Below, in pieces: positions 1 through 10,993 of a stretch of DNA of 64,000 nt. The stretch is from Pelagomonas calceolata (lineage: Eukaryota): contig CAKKNE010000004.1 of NCBI GenBank assembly GCA_918797485.1, positions 558,001-622,000 on the forward strand. The letters run 5' to 3'. The position numbers were made by a program, and so were the translations under genes. The notes beneath the pieces are model-generated. The model was not told the origin of the DNA. It saw only the letters and a list, made by a program, of their open reading frames with translations, and did no database searches. Numbering within the stretch: the stretch's first letter is position 1; every line of letters begins with the position of its first letter.

Positions 1-425
1 TCGTCGGCGGGCTGGTGTTTGAGGGACATCCACCGCCGTTGCACGACCGAACACCCGGTAGGCCCCAGATAGCTATAAGAGGGAAACGCCGGGTCAGCGT
101 CGTAGTCGCGGAACCGCTCCAACATATTCATCCCCCACCACAAAGCATCGGCGGTCTCGTCCATGCGTTGTCTAGTAGAGGCCATGACCGTCCACTTGCC
201 GAAGTGGCCCATCTGGAGCGGTTTTGCGCCTTTCACAGGTTGGATGAGGTCCACGGTGGAGGGGGGCAGGGCGTCTTCCATCGTTGTGCGCGGCTCCACG
301 GTCCGGCCGCCTCTACTTAACGCTACCACCCCAAGCGTAGCTGCTACCGCGGCGGCGGCCTGCCAGCGGGACCGGCGCTTGGTTGTGGGGCTGCTGCCGC
401 CGAGGAGCGGCGCCGCCTCCTCCAT
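1..425 (-). CDS. Partial CDS running off the left edge; probable type II membrane protein
   Basis: ATG at 425 (minus) reads MEEAAPLLGGSSPTTKRRSRWQAAAAVAATLGVVAL... with no stop to the window edge. It is absent from the ORF track because it has no stop. Confidence 0.65.
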   Translation of the reverse strand, partial: MEEAAPLLGGSSPTTKRRSRWQAAAAVAATLGVVALSRGGRTVEPRTTMEDALPPSTVDLIQPVKGAKPLQMGHFGKWTVMASTRQRMDETADALWWGMNMLERFRDYDADPAFPSYSYLGPTGCSVVQRRWMSLKHQPAD

Positions 426-899
426 GGCACTTTGATCGGCCATGGGCTGCCTGAAACCGCTGCCCGCGTCGCGTCAAGCGCTGCCCGACGACTGCTGCTG
501 TGGCGGCGACCGTGCGGATGGGCCGCGCGGGGGCGACGCGAGCTCCAAAGGCCGCGCCTCGTCGCGTTTTGGCAAAGGGCGGCGGCCGAGAAACCAAGGA
601 AATTGAGCTACGAGCTTGTAGCCTTTAGGAGGTGTTGTGTGGCCGGGGGCCCTAGGAGCTGTCGCACGAGGCTGTGGGACGGGTGCACCCGTCCTAGTTC
701 GCAAACGCGTCTGCGGTCTCTCCCTGGTCCTTGTCTTGCTCTCTGTCGCAGTTCTACCCAGCGGCTGGGCTGCAACGTCGGAACCGCTGCTCGTGGCGCC
801 GATCCGCGCCCCCATACTGTCCCCACGCGCTCCGCTCGACTTTGCAGCCGCGTCGCCCGAACCGGCGCATCTGAACCGCCTGACCCAAGGTCACGAACG

Positions 900-1937
900 A
901 TGCCGCTCGCCGGAAGACTCGGGGAGATAGAAGACATCCTCGCGTTACATGAAGAGGCGGCGGCCGAGCAGGCTAGCGGCGCGACCCATTGCGTGTTTAC
1001 GCAAGTCGCGTGCCGCGCCAAAGTCGGCTTCGCGATATATGAGTTGCAGCTTTTAAGTAAGGATGGCACGCACTCGGGATCGAAGTTCGCCGCGAGGTGC
1101 AAGGAACTCTTTGGGGAGAAATTCGAAGATAACGAAGCCTGGCTCTCGAAGTGCGCCTCGCACGTGGGAGGGAGGTATGGAGGTATGAAGAGGTTCTGCG
1201 AATTTTTGGAGGACACGGACATCAAGATTGGGTGTGGCTACAAATCTATCCAGAACGCGATCAACTATTTCCACACGCTCCTAGATGCCTTTGCAGAGAA
1301 GTCGCCGGTCGCCTCCCAGTACCTGGCTTCGGACGTCCGCGTGTGCTACTATGATTACAAGATGCCCGGTTTCGTGGAAGCCTTCGCCTCGTGCATGGCG
1401 GACACGTTCGACTTCACGAAGCTGACGGAACTAGTAAAGTACTGCGAGGAGCAGCAGAAGGCCGCCGCGCTCGTGACGCTCTCTGATCAAGCCGGGTGCC
1501 CGGTCTCCGCGCTCGACGGCTGGGACGCGAAGGTATTAGGTCATCCTCAAACGTACTGGTTCCGAGACCCGAGCGGCAACGAGTACGTTTCGCTCGAGGC
1601 GGCCGCCGAGGCCGCCGCCTCGCTCCTCTCGGAGTCGGAGACGGAGTCGTCGTCGAACAAGCGCAGTCGGCCGGACGATGATGCCGACGACGCGCCGTCC
1701 TCGAAGCGCCTGCGGGGCGGCGGCTATGACAAGCACTCCACGCTCGTTCGGGTCTGCAAAAGGGCCGGCATCACGCACACGGACCAGATGGACACGGCCG
1801 AGCTGGAGCAGAAGATACGCTTCTGGGTCGCCGCGCACAACCCGCCGTCCGTTCCGCTCGCGAAAATGGCGGCTAGGATGGCGGGCGCGGGGAGCATGCT
1901 CGTTTTGGCCATCGAAGCCGTGGTGTATTATTCTTGA
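900..1937 (+). CDS. Hypothetical protein with NLS-like motif and hydrophobic C-terminus; distant paralog of 4026..5297
   Basis: ORF 432..1937, likely start ATG 900 (MPLAGRL). Contains KRSRP...PSSKRLR and a C-terminal hydrophobic stretch. Motifs are colinear with the 4026..5297 protein. Confidence 0.7.
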   Translation: MPLAGRLGEIEDILALHEEAAAEQASGATHCVFTQVACRAKVGFAIYELQLLSKDGTHSGSKFAARCKELFGEKFEDNEAWLSKCASHVGGRYGGMKRFCEFLEDTDIKIGCGYKSIQNAINYFHTLLDAFAEKSPVASQYLASDVRVCYYDYKMPGFVEAFASCMADTFDFTKLTELVKYCEEQQKAAALVTLSDQAGCPVSALDGWDAKVLGHPQTYWFRDPSGNEYVSLEAAAEAAASLLSESETESSSNKRSRPDDDADDAPSSKRLRGGGYDKHSTLVRVCKRAGITHTDQMDTAELEQKIRFWVAAHNPPSVPLAKMAARMAGAGSMLVLAIEAVVYYS

Positions 1938-2471
1938 TCGCATGTCGTGGTGCGAACGTGTCTTCCTTTCGTTGTTAATTATAAGAAAAAATAGAAAATG
2001 ACGCGACGGCGGGGCGACCTCGCGGCGTGGAGACGATGGGGCGCCGCGACCGGCGACGGCGTGGAAAGTCTGACGCGACGGTAGCAACGGCGAGGCGAGC
2101 TACGCGAAGCGCGAGGCGCTGCGGCGGCGTCGAGGCGGGAGCCTGAGATCGGGTAAACTTGTAAAAAAGCAGGCGCGATCACGCGCGAAGGTCCACATCT
2201 CGCTGCTTAGCGGTCTGGGCAGTAGTATAGTTCACAGGACCACGACGGGTCGCCTGCAAACGGAGCGAGCAGAATCCTACAAAAAAGCCGGGGGACATAG
2301 TTACATTGTGGACCGGGGGGAGGGACAGGGACAGGGCTCACATGTTCGCGGTGGCCTCACAACGCGGCGACCCGCGCCGAGGCTCGCGGAGACTTAGACT
2401 TGAACTGGAAGGAGCACCACAGACAGCCCACGATCTTGTTCGCGGACAGGCCTTGGGTACTCAGCGACGCC

Positions 2472-3116
2472 TCAGACCATGCACAAACGCGCGCCGAAGG
2501 CAGTAACACAGAAGCCCGCCAATAGCGCGAATAAATTCACCGCGAGTTGCAGTATGTTGCGAACCTGGTGCTTGAAGTTAGAACAGGGGGGCGGCCCAAC
2601 AACCGACTCCCGAAGATAATAACAGAGAGCCGCGAGGAGTCCGAACCAGATCGCGCCCCCAGCGAAGGTCCCCGAACCAGCGTTCTTGTACATCTTGAAC
2701 GGATTGAAATACAAACCAATCGTTCGCTTGTGATGCTCGCGGTACCTCTCGAGCTCACCATAGGCTTCCCCCAACTCATCTCGCTTGCAGTTCTCCATGC
2801 ATTCGTCTGCGACCTCGGGCCCCATCTCCAGGCCGTTGTATATCTGGTATTGGCCGGACTCGCACAAGTCATCGCAATAAATCGACGCGTTGATGTCCTG
2901 CTGCTCGAGTAGTCTCCACTTCTTATGCTCGACGCGCTTGATGCACTGGCTGCGCTCGCGGCTCTTCGCGCCCTTGTAGACGGCCTTGCAGCCGGCGACC
3001 GACTTAGGCACAGCAGGCACAGGCTCGACCGCCGGCACGGTGGTAAACGGCCACAGCGCGAAGGCGCAGGTCCACGGCGCGACGATGACTAAGACAAGAA
3101 GACGCGACAACTGCAT
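2472..3116 (-). CDS. Signal-peptide, Cys-containing protein with two C-terminal hydrophobic segments
   Basis: MQLSRLLVLVIVAPWTCAF signal-like start at 3116. Hydrophobic AIWFGLLAALCYYL and LAVNLFALLAGFCVTAFG segments. Confidence 0.65.
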   Translation of the reverse strand: MQLSRLLVLVIVAPWTCAFALWPFTTVPAVEPVPAVPKSVAGCKAVYKGAKSRERSQCIKRVEHKKWRLLEQQDINASIYCDDLCESGQYQIYNGLEMGPEVADECMENCKRDELGEAYGELERYREHHKRTIGLYFNPFKMYKNAGSGTFAGGAIWFGLLAALCYYLRESVVGPPPCSNFKHQVRNILQLAVNLFALLAGFCVTAFGARLCMV

Positions 3117-3177
3117 GTTGGCGAATTGACGAAGCGGCTGATCGATTGTCCAGATGGCACATAGGATTAGAGAGCCA

Positions 3178-3201
3178 GCTAGCGGCCTGTAAGCCACTAG
3201 C
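3178..3201 (-). promoter_or_regulatory. Copy of recurrent GCTAG...CTAGC upstream element
   Basis: gctagcggcctgtaagccactagc, about 60 bp upstream of the minus-strand ATG at 3116. Confidence 0.55.
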
Positions 3202-3416
3202 AAGCGAGAGTCCGCCGTCGCATTTGTCCCAGAGCTCCGCGCATTGAATCGAAGGGTAAGAGAACACGAGAGAATGACGACGCTCTCCGCCTCTCCTGCG
3301 CCTCCTTGGCTGCCCCATTTGCCAAACATCTCCCAAGGCACTCAACGCTGCGTTTCAGCAGCAGTTGTCGAGCTTCCCGAATCGCGTCGACACCTCGCGC
3401 TGCCCAAACGCGCACG

Positions 3417-3767
3417 ATGGCCGGCACCAAGACGAAAAAGCGCAGCGCGCCGACGCCGACGCTCCTGGAGCACATCCGCGAGCTAGAGGCTGCTGTCTCG
3501 AAGTTCGAGAAGACGATGCCCGAGGACGAGAAGGAGAAGCTGGCCGCGAAGATCAAAAAGTTGCTGGACGCCGTCAATCGCAAGTACGTGAGCGTCGACG
3601 ACGACGACGACGCGCCGAAGGCGGATGGCGAGACGCGCGACGAGCCGCCCCCCAAAAAGCAGCGGCTCGACATCAGCGAGGAGCTCTTGAGTTTCGTCAT
3701 CAAACCGGCGGCAATGGGGGCAGCTGCTGCGTTGGGCACCTCTCTCGTCGCCGCCGCTCTTTCCTGA
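3417..3767 (+). CDS. Small coiled-coil protein with NLS-like motif and hydrophobic tail
   Basis: MAGTKTKKR..., PPPKKQRL, C-terminal AAMGAAAALGTSLVAAALS. Codon usage is GC3-rich. Confidence 0.7.
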   Translation: MAGTKTKKRSAPTPTLLEHIRELEAAVSKFEKTMPEDEKEKLAAKIKKLLDAVNRKYVSVDDDDDAPKADGETRDEPPPKKQRLDISEELLSFVIKPAAMGAAAALGTSLVAAALS

Positions 3768-4025
3768 GTAGTGGACGAGGGACGTCATCGCGTCCAGTGG
3801 CGTAGGCCATTGTGTTTGTGCTTTGTGCATGAATCTGTACGCCCCACCTCCCATCCTTCACGACCCCCCTGTAGTAAACTAAAATCGTGACAGACTACTC
3901 CTAGTATGGTGTCACCATCTATGATTCAAGTTGACCCGGCTCGTCGTCCGGGTACTTGCCTTGTTTAGATCGGAGACAGAAAAGTTTCTTACCACACTCG
4001 AAGCCCCTCAAGCGACGCGCATCTA

Positions 4026-5297
4026 CTAGTAGGACCACGAGCAGAACTTGGAGGAGATGATCCCCGGCATGACCTTGAGCACGCCCTCGATTGCGACCGA
4101 TAGCGTGACTCCGGCGATGGCCGAGCCTCGAGCGCACTGGGCCATGGTCGTCATGGGCGCCGCGGCGGCGACTTGGTCAGTGATCCAGAGATTCAGTCGG
4201 TTCTCCAACGTCGGCGCCGACGTCCCTGGGACGAAGGCGACGCCGCCCAGGTCGCAGAGGTCCTCGAGCACCGCCCGCGTCGTGTTGCCGCCGGTTCTCA
4301 CTCTCTTCGCGGGCGGCTCGCCGCCGCCGGCCCGCGACCCCGGGCGCTTTCTCTGATTCGACCGGTCGAAAATGCCTTTCTCGGCGTCCTTGAGCCGCGA
4401 GATGAGATCCTCCTTCAAGCCTGTTTGCTTGAGGCCCTGCTCCTTGCACTTGGCCTTGAGCTGGGCGACCGTGACCGCCTTGAAGGGATCATCACTATAC
4501 GTCGACGCCGAGCCGTCGACGATCGCCGCGGCGGCCTTCGAGATCGACCCCTTGTAGTACTCGCCGCCCGGGCCGTTCAAATACCACTTTGAACCGTGTT
4601 TTCTTACCTTCCAGCCGCGCAGGTCGGGCACCTCGCCACCCAGCCGCACGACCGCTTTTTCGAGCTTGTCGAGGCCCTCGGCCTCCACGGCCGCCAACCG
4701 CTTGATCTCCGCCGGGGACCGCTGGCCCTCCTGCTTGAGCCGCTCCTTCGCCCGCAGCTCGCGGCAATATTTTGTGATATTCGTTATCAACAGCGGCCCA
4801 TGGCACTTCAAGAAGAAGTCGACGACGGCGTCCGTGAAGTCGGGCGCGTCGAAGAGAAACCAGCGGCCGTCGACGAACTGCGGGTTCGCCTCCTTGAACT
4901 GCTCGGCGAGCAGGCAGAAGTCGTGTAGTTGACCACTTCGATAATTAGCACACCAGTTGGCCTTGCCTCCGTTCTTGACGAGCCACGTGCAGTAGGCCTT
5001 GGTAGTGCCCACCGCGGCGGCCCATTCTTCGAGCTTGAGCTCGCGCGCCTGCTCGTCCTCGGGCGCGCCGCCGAACCAGGAGATGGCGCGCTTCTCAAAC
5101 GGCGAGCCGCAGAGCCGCCCGGATTCGCGGAGCGCGTCCTGGACCATAGGCTCCAGTATCTTCCGCTCCTGCATAATGTGCGCCGAGAAGGTCAATGCCT
5201 TGTAGCCGTGTTTGACCGCCTCCGTGTGGTGCAACTCACTCTCCGCGCCGGCGGCGTCGGCTTGGGCGATCAAGTGGGCGAGCTGGCTGGCGGCCAT
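4026..5297 (-). CDS. SAP-domain protein with NLS-like motif and hydrophobic C-terminus
   Basis: SAP motif VTVAQLKAKCKEQGLKQTGLKEDLISRL; PPAKRVR; likely start MAASQL at 5297. Confidence 0.8.
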   Translation of the reverse strand: MAASQLAHLIAQADAAGAESELHHTEAVKHGYKALTFSAHIMQERKILEPMVQDALRESGRLCGSPFEKRAISWFGGAPEDEQARELKLEEWAAAVGTTKAYCTWLVKNGGKANWCANYRSGQLHDFCLLAEQFKEANPQFVDGRWFLFDAPDFTDAVVDFFLKCHGPLLITNITKYCRELRAKERLKQEGQRSPAEIKRLAAVEAEGLDKLEKAVVRLGGEVPDLRGWKVRKHGSKWYLNGPGGEYYKGSISKAAAAIVDGSASTYSDDPFKAVTVAQLKAKCKEQGLKQTGLKEDLISRLKDAEKGIFDRSNQRKRPGSRAGGGEPPAKRVRTGGNTTRAVLEDLCDLGGVAFVPGTSAPTLENRLNLWITDQVAAAAPMTTMAQCARGSAIAGVTLSVAIEGVLKVMPGIISSKFCSWSY

Positions 5298-5968
5298 GGT
5301 CGCGGCGGCGTTTCGGGTCGATGCCAACCGATGGGGTAGCGCGCGTCTTACAGCGCCCGCGCGGGCACGGGGCTTCGCGCTAGAGGGCGCGGGGACCAAG
5401 AGGGTACCCGGGGGCAGCCCGCTGCGTCAAAGAAAATCTGTGCCGGCCTCTCAGGCGCACAACCAATGCTGCTGCCGCGGTTTGACTCGCGTCTCTAGTA
5501 GGTACGAGCTCGCTAGCGCGTCGCGAGCCGAGGCGTTTGGTGGCCGAGAGCTCTCTTCGGAGCCCGCGTCGGGGCCGCTGGACATGTCCCCGGTCGCCGG
5601 GCGCGGGCGACTGGCGCCCCAACCCGTGCACGGACCTCGAGCGGAAGGAGTGGCTCGCGATCCTGAAGGAGGGCCCACGCCGGAGCAAGTAAGTTTCTCT
5701 ACTACTGCCGTATTTATCACCCGAGCAGCCCGCGACGCCGCGTCCGCCGAGGCCCGCGCGCTATCGGACGATGCTCCCGTTAGCTTCCATCGAGTCCGTG
5801 TAAGCCTCGTTGCGAGCACGCCCACACTCTGCTGGCCCGCCTCGAGTGCCCATGCTCTCACAGTGCTGAAGAGGCGGCATTGGCACACGCTCACCTCGCA
5901 CCGCAAGCAAAAGCCATCTGAACGCGCGCATCGAATCATATTGCACGGCGCATCCACGAATTTGAGCC

Positions 5969-7638
5969 ATGCTGCGACGCATCGCTGCGCTCATACTCAT
6001 CTGCAGCCATGCCAGTGCACTGCGGCCGACGCGGCGCCAGGCGCTAAAGGGCACGGCAGGCTCCACAGTCATGCTCAATTTTTTACCAGGAGCTGCGCGA
6101 GCCGCCGCGAAGGGCCTCGGTTTGCCTACAAAGGAAACCAACGACGTCGTCAGCACCGTGGACGGCATCCGCCGCAAACGACTGGGCAACTCGGACATCG
6201 CCGTCAGCGAGCTCGCACTTGGGACGCAGCGCTGGGGCGGCGCCGACTTCAATAGTCCGGACGAGGAGTTGTGCCATCAGCTGTTGGATCGGGGCGTGCT
6301 CGAGGGTGGCATCAACCTAATTGACACGGCGGAGCAGTACCCGATCCCCTCGGACCGCTCTAGACCGGAGGGCGCGACGGAGGAGATCATCGGCCGATGG
6401 CTCAAGAAAGGCACCGGCCGACGAAACAAAGTAGTGCTGGCCTCAAAAATCACCGGCGGCCGCAACATCAACAAGCGTAGCATCCGAGAGGACTGCGAGG
6501 GCTCTCTGAAAAGATTAGGTGTGGACACGTTAGATGTCTACTTATTACACTGGCCGGCGCGCTACACGCCGCAAAGCAACTGGGGCGCGCCGCCGCGTCG
6601 AAGCCGTCGACGCCACGCCATCGACGCGACCCCCACGTAGGTCAATCGCTGGAGTACGACTGGGATTTAGGAGCGATCACGGTGCCGTCGGCCGCGAGTT
6701 TCCGGGAAATCGTGAGTGCCATGGGCGAGCTGATCAGAGAGGGTCCGCGCCGGTGCCGCTACAGACAATTTACGGGGGACTGTCGCGTCGATGGCGTACC
6801 GCACAGGCAAAATCAGAGGCTACGGCGCCTGCAACGACAACGCCGTGGGTCTCATGGGTCGCGCGCCAGTGCAGAAGTCATCGCGTCGGCCTCCACGCCG
6901 TCGACGCTCATCGCACACAGGCATGTACGGCGCCGCGCGCGAGCTCGGCGTGCCCGGGCCGCTCTGCATGCAGAACGACTACTCGATCGTGAATAGAAGG
7001 GTCGAGGAGAACGGCCTCTCGGAGGCGTCGTCGCCGGCGATCGCGAACGCTGGATTCATGGCGTACAACGTGCTCGCGGGCGGCATGCTGACGGGCAAGT
7101 ACGGGCTTGCGCCCGGCGACGGCGTCGCGCCCGCGGCCGTCGACGACGGCGACCGCGCCCGGGCCAAGAGGTATGCGGAAGCACCTAGGGGCCGGATGGA
7201 CACGCGGGGCTGGGGCCTGACATTGGGACGATACCGCACGACCGCGATGCGGAGCGCGGCTGCGCAGTACACCAAACTAGCGAAGGAGTACGGAATCAAG
7301 GGCGGTCCCGCGCGGCGTCCTGCTCCAAGGTCTGGACTCACGCCCGACGCCATCGACGCGCCACCGAGTCGCATCCGCGCGCAGGCCTGACCGAGCTGTC
7401 CTTCCGCTTCGTCGCCGGGCGGAAAGCGGTGACGTCGTCGCTCGTCGGCCACACGTCCCTCGCCCAGCTCGACGCGTCCATCGACGCCTACCGGAAGGCG
7501 GCGAAGGGCCCGCTCCCGGACCAGCTTCTGTGGGACATCGACCGCGTGCATCTACAAAATAGGTTGCCGCTCTTCGCGAACGACGAGGCCGGCAAGGATT
7601 GGAGAAATGAGGGCTTCATCGGGGAGCGCATTCCATGA
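5969..7638 (+). CDS. Aldo/keto reductase (Tas-like) with signal peptide; 5 exons
   Basis: AKR motifs LALGT, IDTAEQY, VLASK, LKRLGVDTLDVYLLHWP, GKIRGYG, QNDYS, LAGGMLTGKY. Three ORFs join in frame after removing introns 6585-6640 (GC-AG), 6743-6806, 6858-6920 and 7305-7384. Confidence 0.9.
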
Positions 7639-7869
7639 CGATCGCTTGATACTGCCTTCCCGTACGCCATCGACGCGGCATCGCGGCGATGGCGTGGTGG
7701 GATAGATTACGCCAGTCTGGCTCTACACCACCTCCACGCCATCGAGGCGACTCGCGCTCGCGTGGACGCCACCAGCGGGCGTGTTTGTTTAAGTTATAGG
7801 TCACCTTACAGCAACCTAACAGCGGCACGCGCCCTTACCTCTCGGATCGTTGAGCGCGCTCCACCGAAT

Positions 7870-8319
7870 CTACTTGTCCTCGGGCGCCTGCGCCTTGAGG
7901 TACGTCAGCAGCACGGACAACGCGCGCGTGTCCTCGCCGAACTCCGTCACGCACGCCGCCGAGCACCGGACCACCGACGTCGCCTCGCCCTCTTCATTAA
8001 TCTTGCAGAGGCCCGCCCACTCGCCGAGCTGCTTGCCCTCGTCGACCATAACTAACGACACGCCGCCCTCGTCGCACAAAGCGCGGACGAGGTTGCTGTA
8101 CTCGGCGTTGTCGCAGTCCTTGGCCAGGCAGCACAATTTGGCCGTTCTCGAATCGAGGGCCTTGGCGACCTCGCGCAGGCCGCGCTTCAGGCCACCGTGA
8201 ATGAGGGCGCGCTTCAGGACATCCCGCAGCGCGTCCAGCACGGACATCTCGGCCACTTCCACTTCCCCTTCAGCAGGGGCGTCGGCGGGGGCCTCCTCCA
8301 TCGGTTCGTCGTCGGCCAT
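7870..8319 (-). CDS. RPS12: 40S ribosomal protein S12 (eS12)
   Basis: ALIHGGLKRGLREVAKALD...LGEWAGLCKI...VVRCS is the eS12 signature. Confidence 0.95.
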   Translation of the reverse strand: MADDEPMEEAPADAPAEGEVEVAEMSVLDALRDVLKRALIHGGLKRGLREVAKALDSRTAKLCCLAKDCDNAEYSNLVRALCDEGGVSLVMVDEGKQLGEWAGLCKINEEGEATSVVRCSAACVTEFGEDTRALSVLLTYLKAQAPEDK

Positions 8320-9018
8320 CTTTGTTTTTTTTTGCCTGCGTGTGTTGTGTGACGCGTCGGCGGCGTTTGGGCGTGGGCGTTTGCTCTCATGCGCCTTTCA
8401 TGTGTCGCTGTTGACGGTGAGTGGCGCGCCAGGCTTGCTCGCTGATGCAAAGCGAGGCCCGGCGCCCGCGCGCGACCCGCTCGGCGGATTGCGGCGTGCG
8501 CGTGGCACGCATTCGCCGCCGCGCCGCGCTGCACTGCCCTCAGCTGCCTTGGTCGCTAGCTGCTCCAGGAGTGCTCGCTGAGCGCCGCGCTTGCAAGCAG
8601 GCGCGCAGTGATGACGCTTTTGCATTCTTAAGTGGTTAAAGCTGTCGCTGATGTTCACCAGACGCTGTTGTGCACGATTTATTGCGATCGCCTGCTAAAA
8701 CTCGTAAATCGCCTTTTTTGAGGCCCACTAAACTTGCTAAAAGTGAAACAGTGAAACGACACCCGTGCCTGCCCGAGGTCTCACCCACCCATGGAGAACA
8801 CGGTGGCGCCGGACGCGTCCGCCGCGCGCGCCCCTTCAAGTATCCAAGCTTCCAAGCTTTCCTGCCCAAGCTCGGTCTCGCAAGTTTGCTCACTGCCGCC
8901 CGAGGTCTTACCAAAGGCTGCCAAGGAGCAGAGCAAAGGGCATCCGCCAACCACCCGCCAAGCCACGAGCTGCCCCCGTAGCCCGCCCCGCCGCAAAAGG
9001 CAGCAGCCACGACACACC

Positions 9019-10011
9019 ATGGAGAAGCAATACGGCGCCACGGACGACGCCGCCGCGGCGGCTCCCCGCGTCGAGGAGCCCCAGAACGCCAACCGGGCCC
9101 GCAAGGCCATCGCCGCCATCGCGCTGACCTCTTCCATGATGTGGGCGGCGACCTCCACGACCACCGGTCGTAGAGAAGTGACCCGCCTGACGCGCATGGT
9201 CACGGGCAACCAACCGGTCACGATCGCGGAGGTGTACGACATCCTCGTGACGCAATCTCAAGACCTCACGGTCTACTGCAATGCGGCCAAACCAGGAACC
9301 CAACCGTATGCTTTGTGCGGCCTCACGACGTGCGCGGGAGTCGAAGAATATGATTACCTGGGAGCCTGCAAGTGCGCCCCGGAGACGATCGACGAGATGT
9401 ACGCCGAAGATCCCATCACGGCGACCTTCGTCATGGGCTACACGTCGGTCTTCCTCGCGAAGTCGGAGACGTTCCGGGAAGCCGTGATGGCGAACTACCT
9501 GGGCCAATTGGACGACGCCGGCGTCCAGAACCTGTGCACGGCCTTGACCGATGGTCAAATCTGCAAGGAGTCCGGCCTGGACTGCGACTTCGTGTCCTTC
9601 CACACCGGCGCCCAGAACGGCGTCTGCGGCGACGACAACTGGGTCGCTACCGAGGACAAGAAGAAGGCCGGCGTGCGCGGCGGCCACCGCAAGCTCGACG
9701 AGTGGGTCTCGAACGAGGTCGAGGTCTGCATGGGCGCGCCCTGCTACAAATTGGAAGGGGCGGATGCCGATTCCTGCTCGCTGACGTGCCTCTGTCCCAT
9801 CAGTGTGCCCGGCGTCGCGGCCACCTTCATCGACGACACGGAGGCGGACAACGCGGCGAACGGCGAATGCTTCACGCAGCAATCCGTGTCGACGGCCTGG
9901 GACCCGACGCTGGACGAGGTCGAGGAGCTCATCGATGGTTTGGCTGAGGCCGGCAAAGGAGTGGCCCAGAAAGCCAACGAGTGCGACTGCACGGTGTCGC
10001 TGACGTGCTAG
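9019..10011 (+). CDS. Cys-rich type II membrane or secreted protein of unknown function
   Basis: Likely start MEKQYG at 9019. N-terminal hydrophobic AIAAIALTSSMMWAA followed by many Cys. Confidence 0.75.
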   Translation: MEKQYGATDDAAAAAPRVEEPQNANRARKAIAAIALTSSMMWAATSTTTGRREVTRLTRMVTGNQPVTIAEVYDILVTQSQDLTVYCNAAKPGTQPYALCGLTTCAGVEEYDYLGACKCAPETIDEMYAEDPITATFVMGYTSVFLAKSETFREAVMANYLGQLDDAGVQNLCTALTDGQICKESGLDCDFVSFHTGAQNGVCGDDNWVATEDKKKAGVRGGHRKLDEWVSNEVEVCMGAPCYKLEGADADSCSLTCLCPISVPGVAATFIDDTEADNAANGECFTQQSVSTAWDPTLDEVEELIDGLAEAGKGVAQKANECDCTVSLTC

Positions 10012-10036
10012 ACCCTTCGTGTAAAATATAAACAAA

Positions 10037-10615
10037 TTAGATATCCGACACGTCGTGCGACGTCGCCCAGAGGCCGTCGGCGTCGTCGTCGTCCTCTACA
10101 ACTACTTCTTCCGCGGCGACGGCGTCGGTGGAGACGGCGTTCGAGACCGCCTCCCGGAAGTCGTCGACGACGTCCCGCAGCGCGCGCCGGAACAGGCCCC
10201 AGGATCGGCCGACGACCGTTTCCGGCTCGTCCTCGAAGCGGTCCTCCTCCGACAGGCCGTTCCGCCGCCGTATCCGCCTTGCCCACGGCAGGCCGCGCAC
10301 GTCGAGGTCCGGTCGCTGTTGCGTAAGGTCCAATCGTTCTGCAGAGGTCAGACGTCGCACCGGCCGCGGCGAGTCGCTCGAGAAGAGCGGCTGCGGGGTG
10401 TTCTCGTCGACCGCGAAGCGGACGGAGCGAGCTCGTGAGCGCGGCGGCGAGCCCTCCTGCTCCGGCGTCGGCATGCAGGCCTCCCAGAGCGGGGCCGCGA
10501 CCGGCGCGCTGGCTTCGGTGGGCTCCGCCTCGAGCTCGAGGCCGACGAGGCCGTCCTGCGACCACGTGCGGCCGCCGAGGCCTTCGGTAGGTAGGGGACT
10601 CATGATGGCGAGCAT
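10037..10615 (-). CDS. Hypothetical acidic protein
   Basis: 192-aa ORF filling the space between neighbouring genes; composition is plausible for a real protein. Confidence 0.55.
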   Translation of the reverse strand: MLAIMSPLPTEGLGGRTWSQDGLVGLELEAEPTEASAPVAAPLWEACMPTPEQEGSPPRSRARSVRFAVDENTPQPLFSSDSPRPVRRLTSAERLDLTQQRPDLDVRGLPWARRIRRRNGLSEEDRFEDEPETVVGRSWGLFRRALRDVVDDFREAVSNAVSTDAVAAEEVVVEDDDDADGLWATSHDVSDI

Positions 10616-10993
10616 GGTATCCGCGGCGGTGGCATTCCCGCCGCGGGAGCTGTTAGATGCTGCTTGTTATGAACCTGCAGCACTGCTTGGCCGCTGGCCG
10701 GCGAGAAGCGCCAAAACTTGCAGAGGCCCGAGATTTCGTCAAATGCAGCCTTCCTGGCAGCTCACAGCCACTGTCGACTCAGTTGAAGGGGCGTATGGGG
10801 CCACTCCGAGCATCAACACCAAAAGCTGCGAGAGACGTGTCCTTGATGCTCGGCGGACGGAGCCCCTCCTGGGGCTGGGCAATCATACCTGCACCGAGCG
10901 ACGGCTCCGAAAAAACGAGTCCCGACGCGTACTTGACGTCCCGCGGCGCGCGGTCGACGCGCGCACCGAGCAGTGTGGACAAATAAGCTAAAG

